Shown: positions 51,605 through 63,950 of the stretch, in pieces
How positions within the stretch are numbered: position 1 is the first letter of the stretch
How the letters are laid out: each line of letters starts with the position of its first letter
NCBI GenBank assembly: GCA_964016885.1
Contig: OZ024759.1
Location: 5,146,001-5,210,000, forward strand
DNA: 64,000 nucleotides
Direction of reading: 5' to 3'
Origin: Eledone cirrhosa
Lineage: Eukaryota
The notes under the pieces: model-generated
Told to the model about the DNA's origin: nothing
Database searches by the model: none
Seen by the model: only the letters and a program-made list of their open reading frames with translations
Made by a program: the position numbers and the translations under genes

Positions 51605-54087
51605 ATAGACATTCAATGTAGAAGAGAACTGGGAGTTCCTAAAAAATAACTTACTAGAGGCGACGGATGAGGTCTGTGGCTGGAGTAAGACCTCAAGCAG
51701 GAGGAGAGTGACTTGGTGGTGGAACAATAAGGTATATGAGGCAGTTAAGGCCAAGAGACAGGCATGGAAAGAATGGAAGAACGGGGGGAGCAGGGTAAAT
51801 TACATAGAGAACAAGAGGGAAGCTAGGCGACAAGTATACTTAGCTAGGAGGGAAGCAGAGGATAGAAAATTCAAGCATGTTTTGCAATGTAAGGACCAGA
51901 AACAGGAGGTGTTCAAGATTGCGAGGCAGTGTGTCAGAGAGAATTGTGATGTCATTGGAGAGAAGTGTATCCGGAATGATAAAGGTGAGCTTGCCCTCAC
52001 AAGTGCTGAGAAGAAAGATGCATGGAAGAGTCATTATGATAGATTACTAAATGAGGAGAATGCATGAGAAGAAGAGACCCTACCCCAAGTAGACCCTATA
52101 GAGAGGCCAGCAGTACAAGTCAGCAGCAGCGTAGTAAGTAAGGCAATCAAAGATATGAAGATGGGGAAGGCAACCGGTCCATCGGGTGTAGCTGCTGAGA
52201 TGCTGAAGGCATCTGGGTCTGTAGGTCACACTATAACCACACGTATTGTTAACCAGGTAATACTAGAAGGTGTCATACCAAAAGATTGGTGCAGTAGCAT
52301 TATTGTCAACTGCTACAAAGGTAAAGGTGATGCACTAGATAGAGGAAACTATAGAGGTATAAAGCTGATGGACCAGGTCATGAAAGTAACAGAAAGAGTT
52401 ATAGCACAGTTGATTAGGGACCGGGTGAAACTAGATGAGATGCAATTTGGGTTTGTACCAGGAAGAGGCACCACTGATGCCCTCTTCCTTGTGAGGCAGT
52501 ACAGGAAAAGTACCTAGCTAAAAGCAAGCCACTCTACCTGCCATTTGTCGATCTCGAGAAAGCCTTTGACAGAGTTCCACGTGCTGTAATCTGATGGGCT
52601 CTTAGAAAACTAGGAGTAGATGAATGGCTTGTGAAAGCGGTACAAGCCATGTATAGGGGAGCAGTCAGCAAAGTTAGGATTAGCAATGAGTATAGCGAGG
52701 AATTTAGCGTACAGGTTGGGGTCCACCAGGGCTCTGTTCTTAGCCCCCTCCTGTTCATCATAGTCATGCAGGCAATAACGGAGGAGTTTAAGACCGGATG
52801 CCCATGGGAACTCCTGTATGCTGATGACCTCGCACTTATAGCTGAATCTATGGTAGAGCTAGAGAAGAAATTCCAAACCTGGAAGCAGGGACTAGAAAGA
52901 AAGGGTCTCAAAGTCAACATGATAAAGACTCAGGTCCTTTTAAGTAGACGAGAAAACAGAACCCAGATCCCCTCAGGGAAATGGCCTTGCTCAGTATGTA
53001 GGAAAGGTGTAGGTAGGAACTCCATTCCCTGCCCCAAATGCAAACAATGGGTACACAAGAGATGTAGCGGGATCTCAGGAAGCTTAATTAAGAATGTAGG
53101 CTTCACATGCAGCAGCTGTGCTGGGACAGCATGCAGCAAAAAGCCACAGGAAACAAGTACCACCAATCTCTCGGAGGGCTCTGTAGAAAGAGTAGACCGC
53201 TTCTGCTACCTAGGTGACCGAATTAGCAGCGGAGGTGGGTGTTCAGAAAGTACAATAACTAGGGTAAGAACGGGATGGAAGAAGCTTAGGGAACTACTAC
53301 CACTACTAGCTGCAAAAGGCTTTTCCCTCAAAATGAAAGGCAGACTGTATGATGCGTGTATCCGAACAGCAATGTTGCATGGTAGTGAGACCTGGGCGCT
53401 GAAGGTGGAAGACTTATGTAGATTAGAGAGAAACGAAGCCTTCATGCTCCGATGGATGTGTAACAGTAATATACGCGAACGACAAAGCATAAATGAATTG
53501 AGAGAGAGACTGAGCATAAGAGGAATCAAATGCTGTGTGCAGGAGAGGCAGTTGCGTTGGTATGGACATGTGATGCGTATGAAGGATGACAGCTGCATAA
53601 AAAGGTGCAGAGCACTAGAAGTCGATGGAAACCGCGGAGTGGGGAGACCCAAGATGACCTGGGATGAGGTGATAAAAACCGACCTTACCCAATTCCACCT
53701 CTCAAAGGCGATGACACATGACCGTGACCTCTGGCGTCTCGCAGAAATACAGAGTACCCGACCTCCCATGGGTACAAGCTGATGCATATAGACAATAAGC
53801 CCCCACACCCCCCACTTCAAGGTGGTCGTGGAGGTGCCACGGCAAAAAGCACCCAGCCCACACTGTAAAGTGGACGTGTAGGCAACACGAAAAAGCACCC
53901 AGTACTCACTGTAAATGAGGTTGGTGTTAGGAAGGGCATCCAGCTGTAGAAATCAAGCCAAATCAGTTCCTGTATGAGCAAAGCATAGTCAGCCGACCAG
54001 ACACTGCCCACAACAGGACAACCCGTCTAACCCATGCTAGCGTGGAAGAACGGACGTAAAACGGTGATGATGATGATGATGATGATG
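51605..54087 (+). mobile_element. 5'-truncated RTE LINE inserted in a piggyBac MITE
   Basis: RT ORFs at 51708-53782 and a (GAT)n tail. The MITE resumes after the tail (ACTC at 51601-51604 and 54088-54091). Confidence 0.93.
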
Positions 54088-54559
54088 ACTCTATATATAC
54101 TATTGTATTTTCATGGTAAAGGCTTTACCTCACATAAGTATCTCATAATGTCGAATCTATGAGATTTTGATTTTATCTATTTTGAGAAGAATACCTTAAT
54201 GTCAGTATGAGTGGCCAGTTATGGCCGGTTTCAACAGAAAGAGGTGAGAGGATTCTGGTCAGATATGGCCGGTTTAAATGCTAAAGGGTTAAACACCCCA
54301 GTGTTGAAATGTGGTAGTGCTGGTGCCATGATAAAGTGCACCAAGCCTACACTGGAAAATGGAAGTGTTTGATGCTGTGATAAAATGCATCCAGCCCATA
54401 CTGTAAAGTGTTAGTGTGGTACCATGATAAAAGTAGCAAGACCACCCTGGCATGTGGTAAAGGTGGTGCCATGAGGAAATGCACCCAGTACATGCTGTGA
54501 GGTAGTGTTAGGAAGGGCATCCAACAATAGAAACTATGCTAGAGAAACACTGGCACACT

Positions 54560-55215
54560 TGGAAAATTAGAAGCACACAGGTACAGTGGGAACATCAGAG
54601 ACACAGTGGGTACTCAAGAGGCACAATGGCTCACTGTGAACATCCAGAAGCACACTGGGATATTAGAGGCATACTGGCATACTGGGAACATTGGAGCACA
54701 GTGGGAACATCAGAGGCACACTGGAATATCAGTGGACACTAGGTACATAGGAGGCATACTGAGAACATCAGAGGCTCACTGGGCACATCAGAGACACACT
54801 GGGAATACAAGAGGCACACTGGGAACATCAGAAGCACAGTAGGCACATCCGAGGCACACTAGGTATATCAGAGACACACTGGGAACACAAGAGGCAGACT
54901 GGGAACATCAGAAGCACAGTAGGTACATCAGAGGCACACTAGGTATATCAGAGACACACTGGGAACACAAGAGGCAGACTGGGAGCATCAGAGGCACAGT
55001 TGGCACATCAGAGGCACACTAGGTATATCAGAGACACACTGGGAACACAAGAGGCAGACTGGGAGCATCAGAGGCACAGTTGGCACATCAGAGGCACACT
55101 GAGCACATCAGAGACACACTGGGAATACAAGAGGCATACTGGGAACATCAGAAGCAGAGTAGGTACACAAGAGGCAGACTGGGAACATCAGAGGCACACA
55201 GGGCACATCAGGAGG
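54560..55215. repeat. ~20-bp minisatellite
   Basis: Unit GAGGCACACTGGGAACATCA with variants. Confidence 0.9.
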
Positions 55216-55263
55216 CACGCTGTTAATAAATGAACATTTACAGTTTAAAATAAGCATACTAAC

Positions 55264-55401
55264 AAGCTTGGCAGTCATGACCAGTAAAACCAGGTAGACA
55301 CTTGTTGTTTGGACAGTGTCCAGTTTTAGGGTTACAGTTTGCACTGTCCTTGCATTTACAGGGATTTGAACAATGGACACCAAAATAACCAGCTTTACAC
55401 A
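55264..55401 (-). CDS. EGF-like repeat exon
   Basis: 138 bp, phase 1-1; CKAGYFGVHCSNPCKCKDSANCNPKTGHCPNNKCLPGFTGHDCQA. Confidence 0.9.
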
Positions 55402-55456
55402 CTGTTAAAATAAAACAAACAAGTAGAAATATCTAACATTACTTTACAAATATATA

Positions 55457-56510
55457 CAGGGTGCAGCATAAATACTGTTACAAAATATCAAATGAGTTTA
55501 AGTCATAATATTAATTACTTTATGCTTTGCAGCATAGAGTTACGGCCCTTTATGATCTGAGTTCAAATCCCGCCCAGATTAACTTTGCCATTCATCCTTA
55601 CTGGGTCGATAAAATAAAGTACCAGTCACACACAGGGAGCGCTTTAATAGACCCCCCCCCCACAAATTTCTGGCCTTATGCTTATATAAGAAACCAATAA
55701 TAATTACTTTATTATTGATCTGATTGCTCAAATATTAACCTAATACTATATACTAACTGTTTTGGGGGTTATATAAGGATTCATTGCACATTTTTTCATG
55801 TTCAGAGTTGCTGAAGCATGGAACAAATTACCTGCATCAGTTGTTAGCTACTGGGACACTACATCCTTTAAAACCTCCATGCTTCCTGAAATTCGCCAAC
55901 ACTACACCTGATATCCCCCTTCCATACACACGCATGCATGTGTGTGTATTTCATGACTCATACACTGTTCACTTTCCTGACCTTTATACATTATTCTATG
56001 TACTATATATGCACCTGAGCAGTGTACACAATAATTTCATTATTATTATTATTTAAATGTCCTTAGAATTGAAAGGAAAATTCATAATTGGACAGCATGA
56101 AAAAAAGTAGACTCCACCTCAGATTTTTATAACTGGAAAACAGCTTGAAATTAACAGAATGCTCATAAAAAGGACCATTGATCACTCCTCAACAAAAGCC
56201 AAGATCAGGACGTCCTAGCACCTTCTGAACACCAAAACTAATCAAATACATGCATGAGAAAATCAGATGTAAGCCAAAAAGATTCATGAGAAAAATGGTG
56301 AAAGAGGCCGAAATTTCAGAGAGATCCATGAGGAGGCTATGTAAAGATGATCTCGAGATGTGAGAACAAAAGGAAAGCATATCAAATAAGATTGCATGGT
56401 GTTAATAAACATTTTATTAATTACATTGTGCCACAATTGTAGCTAGGTACAATAAATATTGAAGGAGTTATAAGCATTTTATTTTGTAACAGTATTTATG
56501 CCGTACTATG
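55457..56510 (+). mobile_element. Tc1/mariner remnant carrying nested SINE and LINE pieces
   Basis: TA|CAGGGTGCAGCATAAATACTGTTACAAAAT...ATTTTGTAACAGTATTTATGCCGTACTATG|TA terminal inverted repeats; transposase HTH remnant (SGRPST, EISERSMRRLCKDDL). Confidence 0.75.
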
Positions 56511-56610
56511 TAGTATTATGTGGTCAGAAACTCTCAAGAAAGTTGGACAGGAGAAGGTCACCAGAGAAGAACCACCCTCTCACCTCATGCAAGGGTTTCA
56601 GCCATTAACC

Positions 56611-56903
56611 CAGGCATGGGCAACCTTTTTCGAGAAGCGGGCTGCATGAGATATGGCTCATCATCAGGGAGGCCGCAAGCGCTAATTTACATTTGTGCCC
56701 ACATTAAAAAAAAAGGGTGATAACTCAGGTTGTTTTGATTTGTTTCTTCAGAATTCGTACACGTTGTTTTCCTCAATCGTTAAAAATTATAGAAAGATAA
56801 ATTACGACTGAAAAGTTGGGGTAAAAAAATCAGAAAGATTTCACTTAGGTGATTTAGGTGAGTCATTTAGAAAGCTTTGTGGGCCGCAGGTTACCCATGA
56901 CTG
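56611..56903. mobile_element. hAT-type MITE
   Basis: CAGGCATGGGCAACC...GGTTACCCATGACTG ends; degenerate 8-bp target duplication CATTAACC/CCTTAATC. Confidence 0.7.
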
Positions 56904-58362
56904 CCTTAATCTATTTAACATTTACATTACTGTGTTTAAGTGTGTGTGAGTGAGTGCATTTGTGTGTTTTAATGTGAGTGTGTTTGTGTGTTTTAGTGTG
57001 TGAGTACATTTGAGCATTTAAGAATGTGAAAGAGTATGTGTGTTTGTGTGTTTTAGAGTGTGAGTGCATGTGTGTGTTTATGTGTATGTGTGTGTGAACT
57101 CTTTTATTCACCTCTTACAATAGGAAAGGACACTGTGCCAGTTATTTTGTGTCTCAACTAATTGCAACAAAGCTAATAAACTTTCATGCTCTATTTAACA
57201 CTAACACAAGTGTAAATGGTGTTAAACTTACAATCATGTTCTGGGTTTCATTCTTGGACTGGGTTGTGTGTTATGTTCTTGAGCAAAACATTATACTCAG
57301 TATGTATGTATGGTCCTGTAACTCCTGACAGAGTCGTAGAGGTGCCGTATTAACAGACATCATTTTTTGGGTATTTTAAGCCAGGCGGAGCCCATCCCTG
57401 TCCAGGCCTGAATACAGCAGATTTCTTCCAGAGAAAGATAGAAAGTGAGAGAGAGGAAATGAGAAAGAGATATAGAAGAAGAATCGACCCCAGTACTAGA
57501 CTGGTATTTTTTTATTGACATCAAAAGGATGAAAGGCAAAGTTGACCTCAGCGGGATTTGAACTCAGAGAGCAGAGAGTTGGAACGAATACCACAAAGCA
57601 TTCTATCTGATGTTCTAACGACTCTGCCAATTCACTGCCTATATACTCAGTATACTCAGTTGGAAATGAGTATCAACAATTGCTGGGGGTTTTCTCTGCA
57701 ATGGACTGGTGTCCTGTCCAGGCTGGAATTGTTTACTGTCAGTCACTTAACACCATGGAAACCAAGGTAAACACTGGCCTGATTAGCATCCAGGCTTGAG
57801 ACAGACTTTAGACTCAGAACAAGTAACAGCCAAATTATAGATTAGTATGATAAAAAGGAAAGGACACATTAAATAGTGTAGTCCTAGTTATGCAATGCCT
57901 GAGAGAAGGGTGGAATGTGCTTATCTCGGTTTCCATGGTGTGAAGCAACTGAGAGTACAGAATTCCATCCTGCACAGGACTCCTGTCCTGTGCAGGATGG
58001 AATTTAAAATCCCCCAGCAATTGCTGGTACTCATTTTCAACTGAGTATACTACGCAAGAATGTTTTGCTTAAGAACGCAATGCACAGCCAAGTCCAGGAA
58101 CCAAACCCACAACATTATGATTGTAAATCCAACAGCTTTACCACTTGTGTTAGTGTTAGATAGAGATGACAGCTCATTGATCTCATAACTAGTTTAAACT
58201 GTAAACAACTGACAGTGTCCTTACATATTATAAAGAGGTGAATAAAAGATATTGAAAAAGATACTGTCAATTCACCAGCTTTTATTTTAATTTACAAATC
58301 TGCCCCCCCCCCCCCCCTAGAAAAAAAGACAGAATGGAAATTCGATATTTAGTTTTACTCAC

Positions 58363-58500
58363 CATTTTGGCAGTTTCTTCCTTCAAAACCAGCAACACAT
58401 CTTCCGTCAGAACATATTCCTGTCACTGAGTCACATTTGTTGCTGTCTACACAGTGACATATACCTTCACAGTTGCTGCCAAATCTACCATTCTGGCAGA
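58363..58500 (-). CDS. EGF-like repeat exon
   Basis: 138 bp, phase 1-1, GTGAG donor; CQNGRFGSNCEGICHCVDSNKCDSVTGICSDGRCVAGFEGRNCQN. Confidence 0.9.
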
Positions 58501-58785
58501 CTTTCAAAGAAACAAAAACATTGTTTGTTAATAAAAAAAAAAGCAAACCCTTTTTGGTTCAGAAACTTCTGGCGGAATCCCAGTCTCATATTTTTATATG
58601 GTTTGAATATAAATATACTTCTCTACCTTTTTTTCATGGAACCCCAGACATTCATTTGCAGAACCCTTGGGTTCCATGGATCCCACTTTGGGAATGACTA
58701 ATAAAGAACACCCTAAAGTTTGGAGAGATAAAACAAGAATTCATATATGTTGCACAGAGTAATTAGCTTCTTTCATTTCACTCAC

Positions 58786-58923
58786 CTGTTTGACAGTTGT
58801 TACCTTTATAGCCAGGTGTACACCCACCACTCGAACAGGTACCAGATTTAGGGTTACACGTGCTATTGTCATAGCAGTGACAGCTATAGCTACAATCTTT
58901 ACCAAACTTGCCACTGGAGCACT
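58786..58923 (-). CDS. EGF-like repeat exon
   Basis: 138 bp, phase 1-1, GTGAG donor; CSSGKFGKDCSYSCHCYDNSTCNPKSGTCSSGGCTPGYKGNNCQT. Confidence 0.9.
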
Positions 58924-60527
58924 CTGAAATATAGAGCTATTATTTATTATTTATTCATGAGTGAATAAGAATTGTTTCGACTTTTGACATAAGGCCAGCA
59001 ATTACCCCAGTGCATTACTGGTACTTTATTTTATCGACCCCGTAAGGTCGAAAGGCAAAGTTAACCTCTGTGGGATTTGAACTCAGACCGTAAAGAACCA
59101 TAACTCTATGCTGCAAAGCATGGCATCCGACGCTCTACCGATACTGCCAATCCACTACCCTCACGATTCAATAATAATTATTTCTACTTTTTGCACAAGG
59201 CTAGCAATTATCCCAGTGTATTACTGGTACTTTATTAGTAATGCACTGGATAACAATAATGTTATAATAGTATTATAATATCATTAATATTCAGTTTGTT
59301 TGCCAGCAAACAGCCTCATAAACACCACGTGTGTTTTCTAGATGAACAATGTCATCCTTTTGTTGTAAAAGGGAAAGAAATGGGCAGAACTGTTGGAGTG
59401 TTTGTTGGATGAAATGCTTTGCAGAACTTCTGAGGTCTGAGTTCAAATCTTGCTCAGGTCAAACTTGAATGTCATTTTTACAAATGTCATTTTTACAAGC
59501 TTGATAAAATAATGTACCAGTTAAATACTGGGGTAGATATAATCAACTGACTTTCTCTTTACTCCAAAATTAAGAAATCATTATTAACCCTTTACCATTC
59601 ACATTACTCTATATATACTATTGTGTATTTTCATGGTAAAGGCTTTATCTCACATAATTATCTCACATAATATCGAATCTATGAGATTTTGAGAACAATA
59701 CCTTAACATCAGTTTGAGCGACCAGTTACAGCCAATATCAACAGAAAGAGGTAGAGAATTCTGGCCGGTTTGGGCCAGTTTGAACACGAAAGGGTTAATT
59801 AAAAACATTGGTACATTTGTGCTTTACATAGTTTTGGCTTGGTTTTACTGGTTGGGTATTCTTCTTGTAACCAATCACTTTACTGAGTGGCCTGGGTGCA
59901 CCAGTTCTTGAGAGGTTGTACTAATTAGGGTGGCACCAAGTGGATACAAAATGTGGGACGAAAAGAAGAGAGAGGAGTCAGTTGAAAATGTCTGAGTGGA
60001 GGTGGCATGAACCTAGAATACTCCGAGGAACAGAGTCCAATATAGTAGTGGTGGAAAGCAGGAGGAGAAGGCACATGGGGAGAGTATCAGTGAAGAAGAG
60101 AAAAAATGGTGTATCCATTTGGTTTATAGTCAAGTTTTATTTTTTTTAAACAAGCACCTTTATAGGCTTAGTCGGCCACCTATGAGGTTGTCACCCCATA
60201 GGAAGTATTCTGGGTGTTTCAATGGTAAGGACACCATGCCTATCATGTTGTTGTTACAGCTCACATTTATGTAGGTTTGGCTGGCCCCCTACAAGGATGC
60301 ACTCCATAGGAAATATTCTGGGTGTTTTAATAATAAGGACCCCAGGCCTATCATGTTGTTACAGCTCTACCTATGTAGGTTTAACTGGCCTCTGACAAAA
60401 ATGCACCCCAAAGGAGCCTCGGTCTTTTCATGTCACTCTTTCCTTGGTAAGTTTGGAATCTCACTTTGAAGTGCCATGTGCTCACCTAGAAATACAAATA
60501 GCATAGAAGATCTACTGAATGACTCAC

Positions 60528-60665
60528 CTGTCTGACAATTGCTACCTTGATAGCCAGCTTCACAGCCACCACTGGAACATACACCTGTGATGGGGTCACA
60601 CTTGCTGTTGTTGGCACAGTGACATGAGTTAATACAGTTGTCACCAAATTTACCACTTCTACACT
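60528..60665 (-). CDS. EGF-like repeat exon
   Basis: 138 bp, phase 1-1, GTGAG donor; CRSGKFGDNCINSCHCANNSKCDPITGVCSSGGCEAGYQGSNCQT. Confidence 0.9.
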
Positions 60666-60704
60666 CTGGGTACATTAAATATGAAGAATATAGAAGTTAG
60701 ATGG

Positions 60705-61480
60705 AATGAGATGTGAAATGTATGTGATATACAATGTATGAGTTGTGAAATGTATGGGATGTGAAATGTAGGAATATGAAATGTAGTGGGTGTAAAATGT
60801 AGGGATGTGAAATGTAGGGATGAGGAATGTAGGGATGGGGAATGTAGGGATGAGGAATGTAGGAGATGTGAAATGTAGGATATGTGAACTGTAGTAGATA
60901 TGAAATGTAAGAGATGTGAAATGTAAGAGATGTGAAATGTAGGTGATGTGAAATGTAGGATATGTGAAATGTAAGGATGTGAAATGTAGGAGATGTGAAA
61001 TGTAAGAGATGTGAAATGTAAGGATGTGAAATGTAGGAGATGTGAAATGTAGGTGATGTGAAATGTAAGAGATGTGAAATGTAGGTGATGTGAAATTTAA
61101 GAGATGTGAAATGTAGGGATGAGGAATGTAGGAGATGTGAAATGTAGGAGATGTGAAATGTAGGAGATGTGAAATGTATGAGATGTGAAATGTAGGAGAT
61201 GTGAAATGTAAGAGATGTGAAATGTAAGATATGTGAAATGTAAGAGATGTGAAATGTAGGAGATGTGAAATGTAAGAGATGTGAAATGTAAGAGATGTGA
61301 AATGTAGGTGATGTGAAATGTAAGAGATGTGAAATGTAAGAGATGTGAAATGTAGGAGATGTGAAATGTAGGTGATGTGAAATGTAAGAGATGTGAAATG
61401 TAGGATATGTGAAATGTAAAGGTGTGAATTGTATAATGTGAAATATAGATGTGAATTGTGTGAGATGTGAAATGTAGAGA
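60705..61480. repeat. 16-bp minisatellite
   Basis: Unit GATGTGAAATGTA(G/A)GA. Confidence 0.95.
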
Positions 61481-61830
61481 ATGTACAAGAATAACAGTAA
61501 ACATCAACAACAACAACAGCAACCATCATCAACAACAATAACATGAATAACAAAAACAAACAACAATAGCAACAACAAAAACAACAAAAACAATAACAAA
61601 ATAACAACAGCAAACAAAAATAGCAGTCATCAACAACATCCCTTACATTTTTACCTGTTCCAGCCATCTGGCAGAGGCCATGCTGGGGCACCGCTCTTGT
61701 TGCTACACATTCTATCTCCAGCCTGTGTTGTCTGGCCATTGGTGTAAGAGGGAGTTTGTTGCTGTTGCCCATCAACAACAAAATAACAACAACAAAACAA
61801 CAATAGCAACAACAACAAATATATACTTAC

Positions 61831-61966
61831 TTAACTGACAATTGTTACCCTCATATAGCAATACAACCCCCACTTGAACAGGTCCCTGATACTGGGGTAC
61901 ACTTGCTGTTGTCTGTACAGTGACATATACTGCTGCACTTGGCACCAAACCTTCCATATTGACGAA
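61831..61966 (-). pseudogene. Frameshifted EGF-like pseudo-exon
   Basis: AG and GTAAGT sites are intact but the length is 136 bp. The first Cys is Arg (CGT), and a 2-bp deletion at GCT-[GG]A-TAT gives GCT ATA TGA. Confidence 0.75.
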
Positions 61967-62039
61967 CTATGGCAGAAAAAAAAATATATATAATTCCAAA
62001 ATTAAATTAAGGGTGTCATGTCCGAGAGACATGCGCCAT

Positions 62040-62149
62040 TAAACAACATAAGACAATTATTCCATTTACCAAAGGTTTTATGAAGACTGACGAGCTCGTC
62101 TGTCTTCGTGAAACCTTTGGTAAATGGAATAATTGTCTTATGTTGTTTA
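62040..62149. repeat. 110-bp spacer-less palindrome
   Basis: Centre GAG|CTC at 62094/62095; three arm differences. Confidence 0.95.
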
Positions 62150-62721
62150 TTACATAACTAAATAGCTCTGTAGCTTACATAGTGCACTCTCCTTTCCTTC
62201 GGAAACACTTAATATATATATATGCAGAAGACCTGACTTCCCTAGGGTACAAGCCGAAGCTGAAGCATATGGAAAATATGCCCCCACCCCCTCCTCCCAC
62301 TGCAAAGTGGTCGTGGAGGTGTCATGACAAAAAAGCACCCAGCCCACACTGTAAAGTGGACATGTAGGCGCCACGGTAAAAAAGCACCTAGCACTCACTG
62401 TAAATGAGGTTGGTGTTAGGAAGGGCATCCAGCTGTAGAAATCAAGCCAGCATCAGTTCCCATATGAGCAAGACAAGGTCACTCGACCTGGCATTGCCTA
62501 CAACAGGACAACCGGTCTAACCCATGGAAGAATGGACGTAAAAGGGTGATGGTGATGATATATATTTTTTTCACTAATGTCACACAAAATTGTATGTTTT
62601 TTGTAGCTTTATGGTTTAACGGTTTCCTTTTTAAAAATTGTTTTTTTGTTTTGTTTTGTTTTCGTTCGCTGTCTTCTCTTTTCTTTGTTGATTTTCTTAA
62701 ATATATATATATATAAATATA

Positions 62722-62758
<37 letters not shown>

Positions 62759-63486
62759 TTTTTTTTTTTTCTGATTCCACCCTGCCTGTCCCTTCAATCT
62801 TTCTAATTTCTCATTCTTTCTTCTGATGAAGGACTAGCGTCCAAAACCTTAAAACCCTCTTGTTGCTATTTCAAGTGTTAACCTAATATTTTCTTTCCAT
62901 ATACTGTACCGATTGTGTTGTTATCTCTGTTTACACACAATCATCATCATCATCATCATCATTTTACGTCCGCCTTTCCCTGCTTGCAAGGGTTGGACGG
63001 GTTCTATTCAGCGCAGCATCTCTCCACTTGTCACGGTCCTTCGTCATCTCCTCAGATTACATTTATTGTATTCAGCCATGTAGAGTGGAAATTTTATTTT
63101 ATTTGAATGTGGCAAAGCCGGTCATTTATTGCTCGTATACAGGAAACTGACTGGCCAGTCTGCTGATATACAAATCTGGCTGATCAGTGGATCTGCTAAT
63201 ATGCAGATCTGACTGATCAGCCAGTCTGCTAATATGGAAATCAGGCCGATCAGCCACTGTATATTTTAGAAAATAGTATATATTTTCACTAGCTCTGACA
63301 GTTGGCAGGTGAAGAGTGAGCTGTACTGATGAAGGCTGATACCCAGAAAAATTAGTGTCTGCAATTCTGTTTACATGCCAACACAAGAGCAAGAATGATG
63401 GGTTCATTCTATTGACATGGCTTTAAAATTGAGGCTTGTTTGCATAATTGCAGACGAATCGAATGCTATTATTAATATTCGAAAAG

Positions 63487-63672
63487 GGCGGTAGATTGGC
63501 AGTATCGGTAGAGGGTCGGACCATGCTTTGACGCATAAAGTTACGGCCCTTGCTATTCTGAGTTCAAATCCCGCTGAGGTTAACTTTGCCTTTCATCCTT
63601 ATGGGGTCGATAAAATAAAGTACCAGTAATACACTGGGTAATTGCTGGCCTTGTGCCAAAAGTAGAAACAAT
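63487..63672 (+). mobile_element. tRNA-derived SINE family A (representative copy; more than 12 copies in the window)
   Basis: A box TGGCAGTATCGG, B box GAGTTCAAATCC, central GCCTTTCATCCTT..GGGGTCGATAAAAT. Copies near 163, 2240-2942 (cluster), 3008, 5235, 34246, 34930, 50153, 55525, 57484 and 58972. Confidence 0.85.
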
Positions 63673-63950
63673 TATTAATATTCGAAAAACTCAGATTACA
63701 TATATATATAGAGATATATATATATGGCTTAAAAGAGAAGATGAATGGTGTGTCTGACACATTGAGGTTGATGGAGACACCTTGCTGAGAGTCATAACAC
63801 CAGACACTTCAAATTTCATGCTGTTCTGATGCATTGAGATGGAACAGCTGCTACCTTTATAACCAGCACCACACCCTCCATTGGAACACACACCTGTCTG
63901 ACAGTTGCTACTTCCACAACCAGCACCACATCTTCCGCTGGAACACATAC

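Noticed and set aside
53206-53898. 230-aa minus-strand ORF (and similar ORFs at 378-896, 8211-8624 and 14750-15265)
   Set aside because: These are antisense shadows of RTE coding sequence.
60675-61781. 368-aa and 263-aa His/Ser/Thr-rich ORFs
   Set aside because: These are translations of a stop-free 16-bp minisatellite and a (CAA)n tract inside an intron.
63320-63360. CTGATGAAGGCTG...CAGAAAA possible hammerhead
   Set aside because: There is no closed helix II base, no GAAAC/NUH arrangement and no helix I partner.
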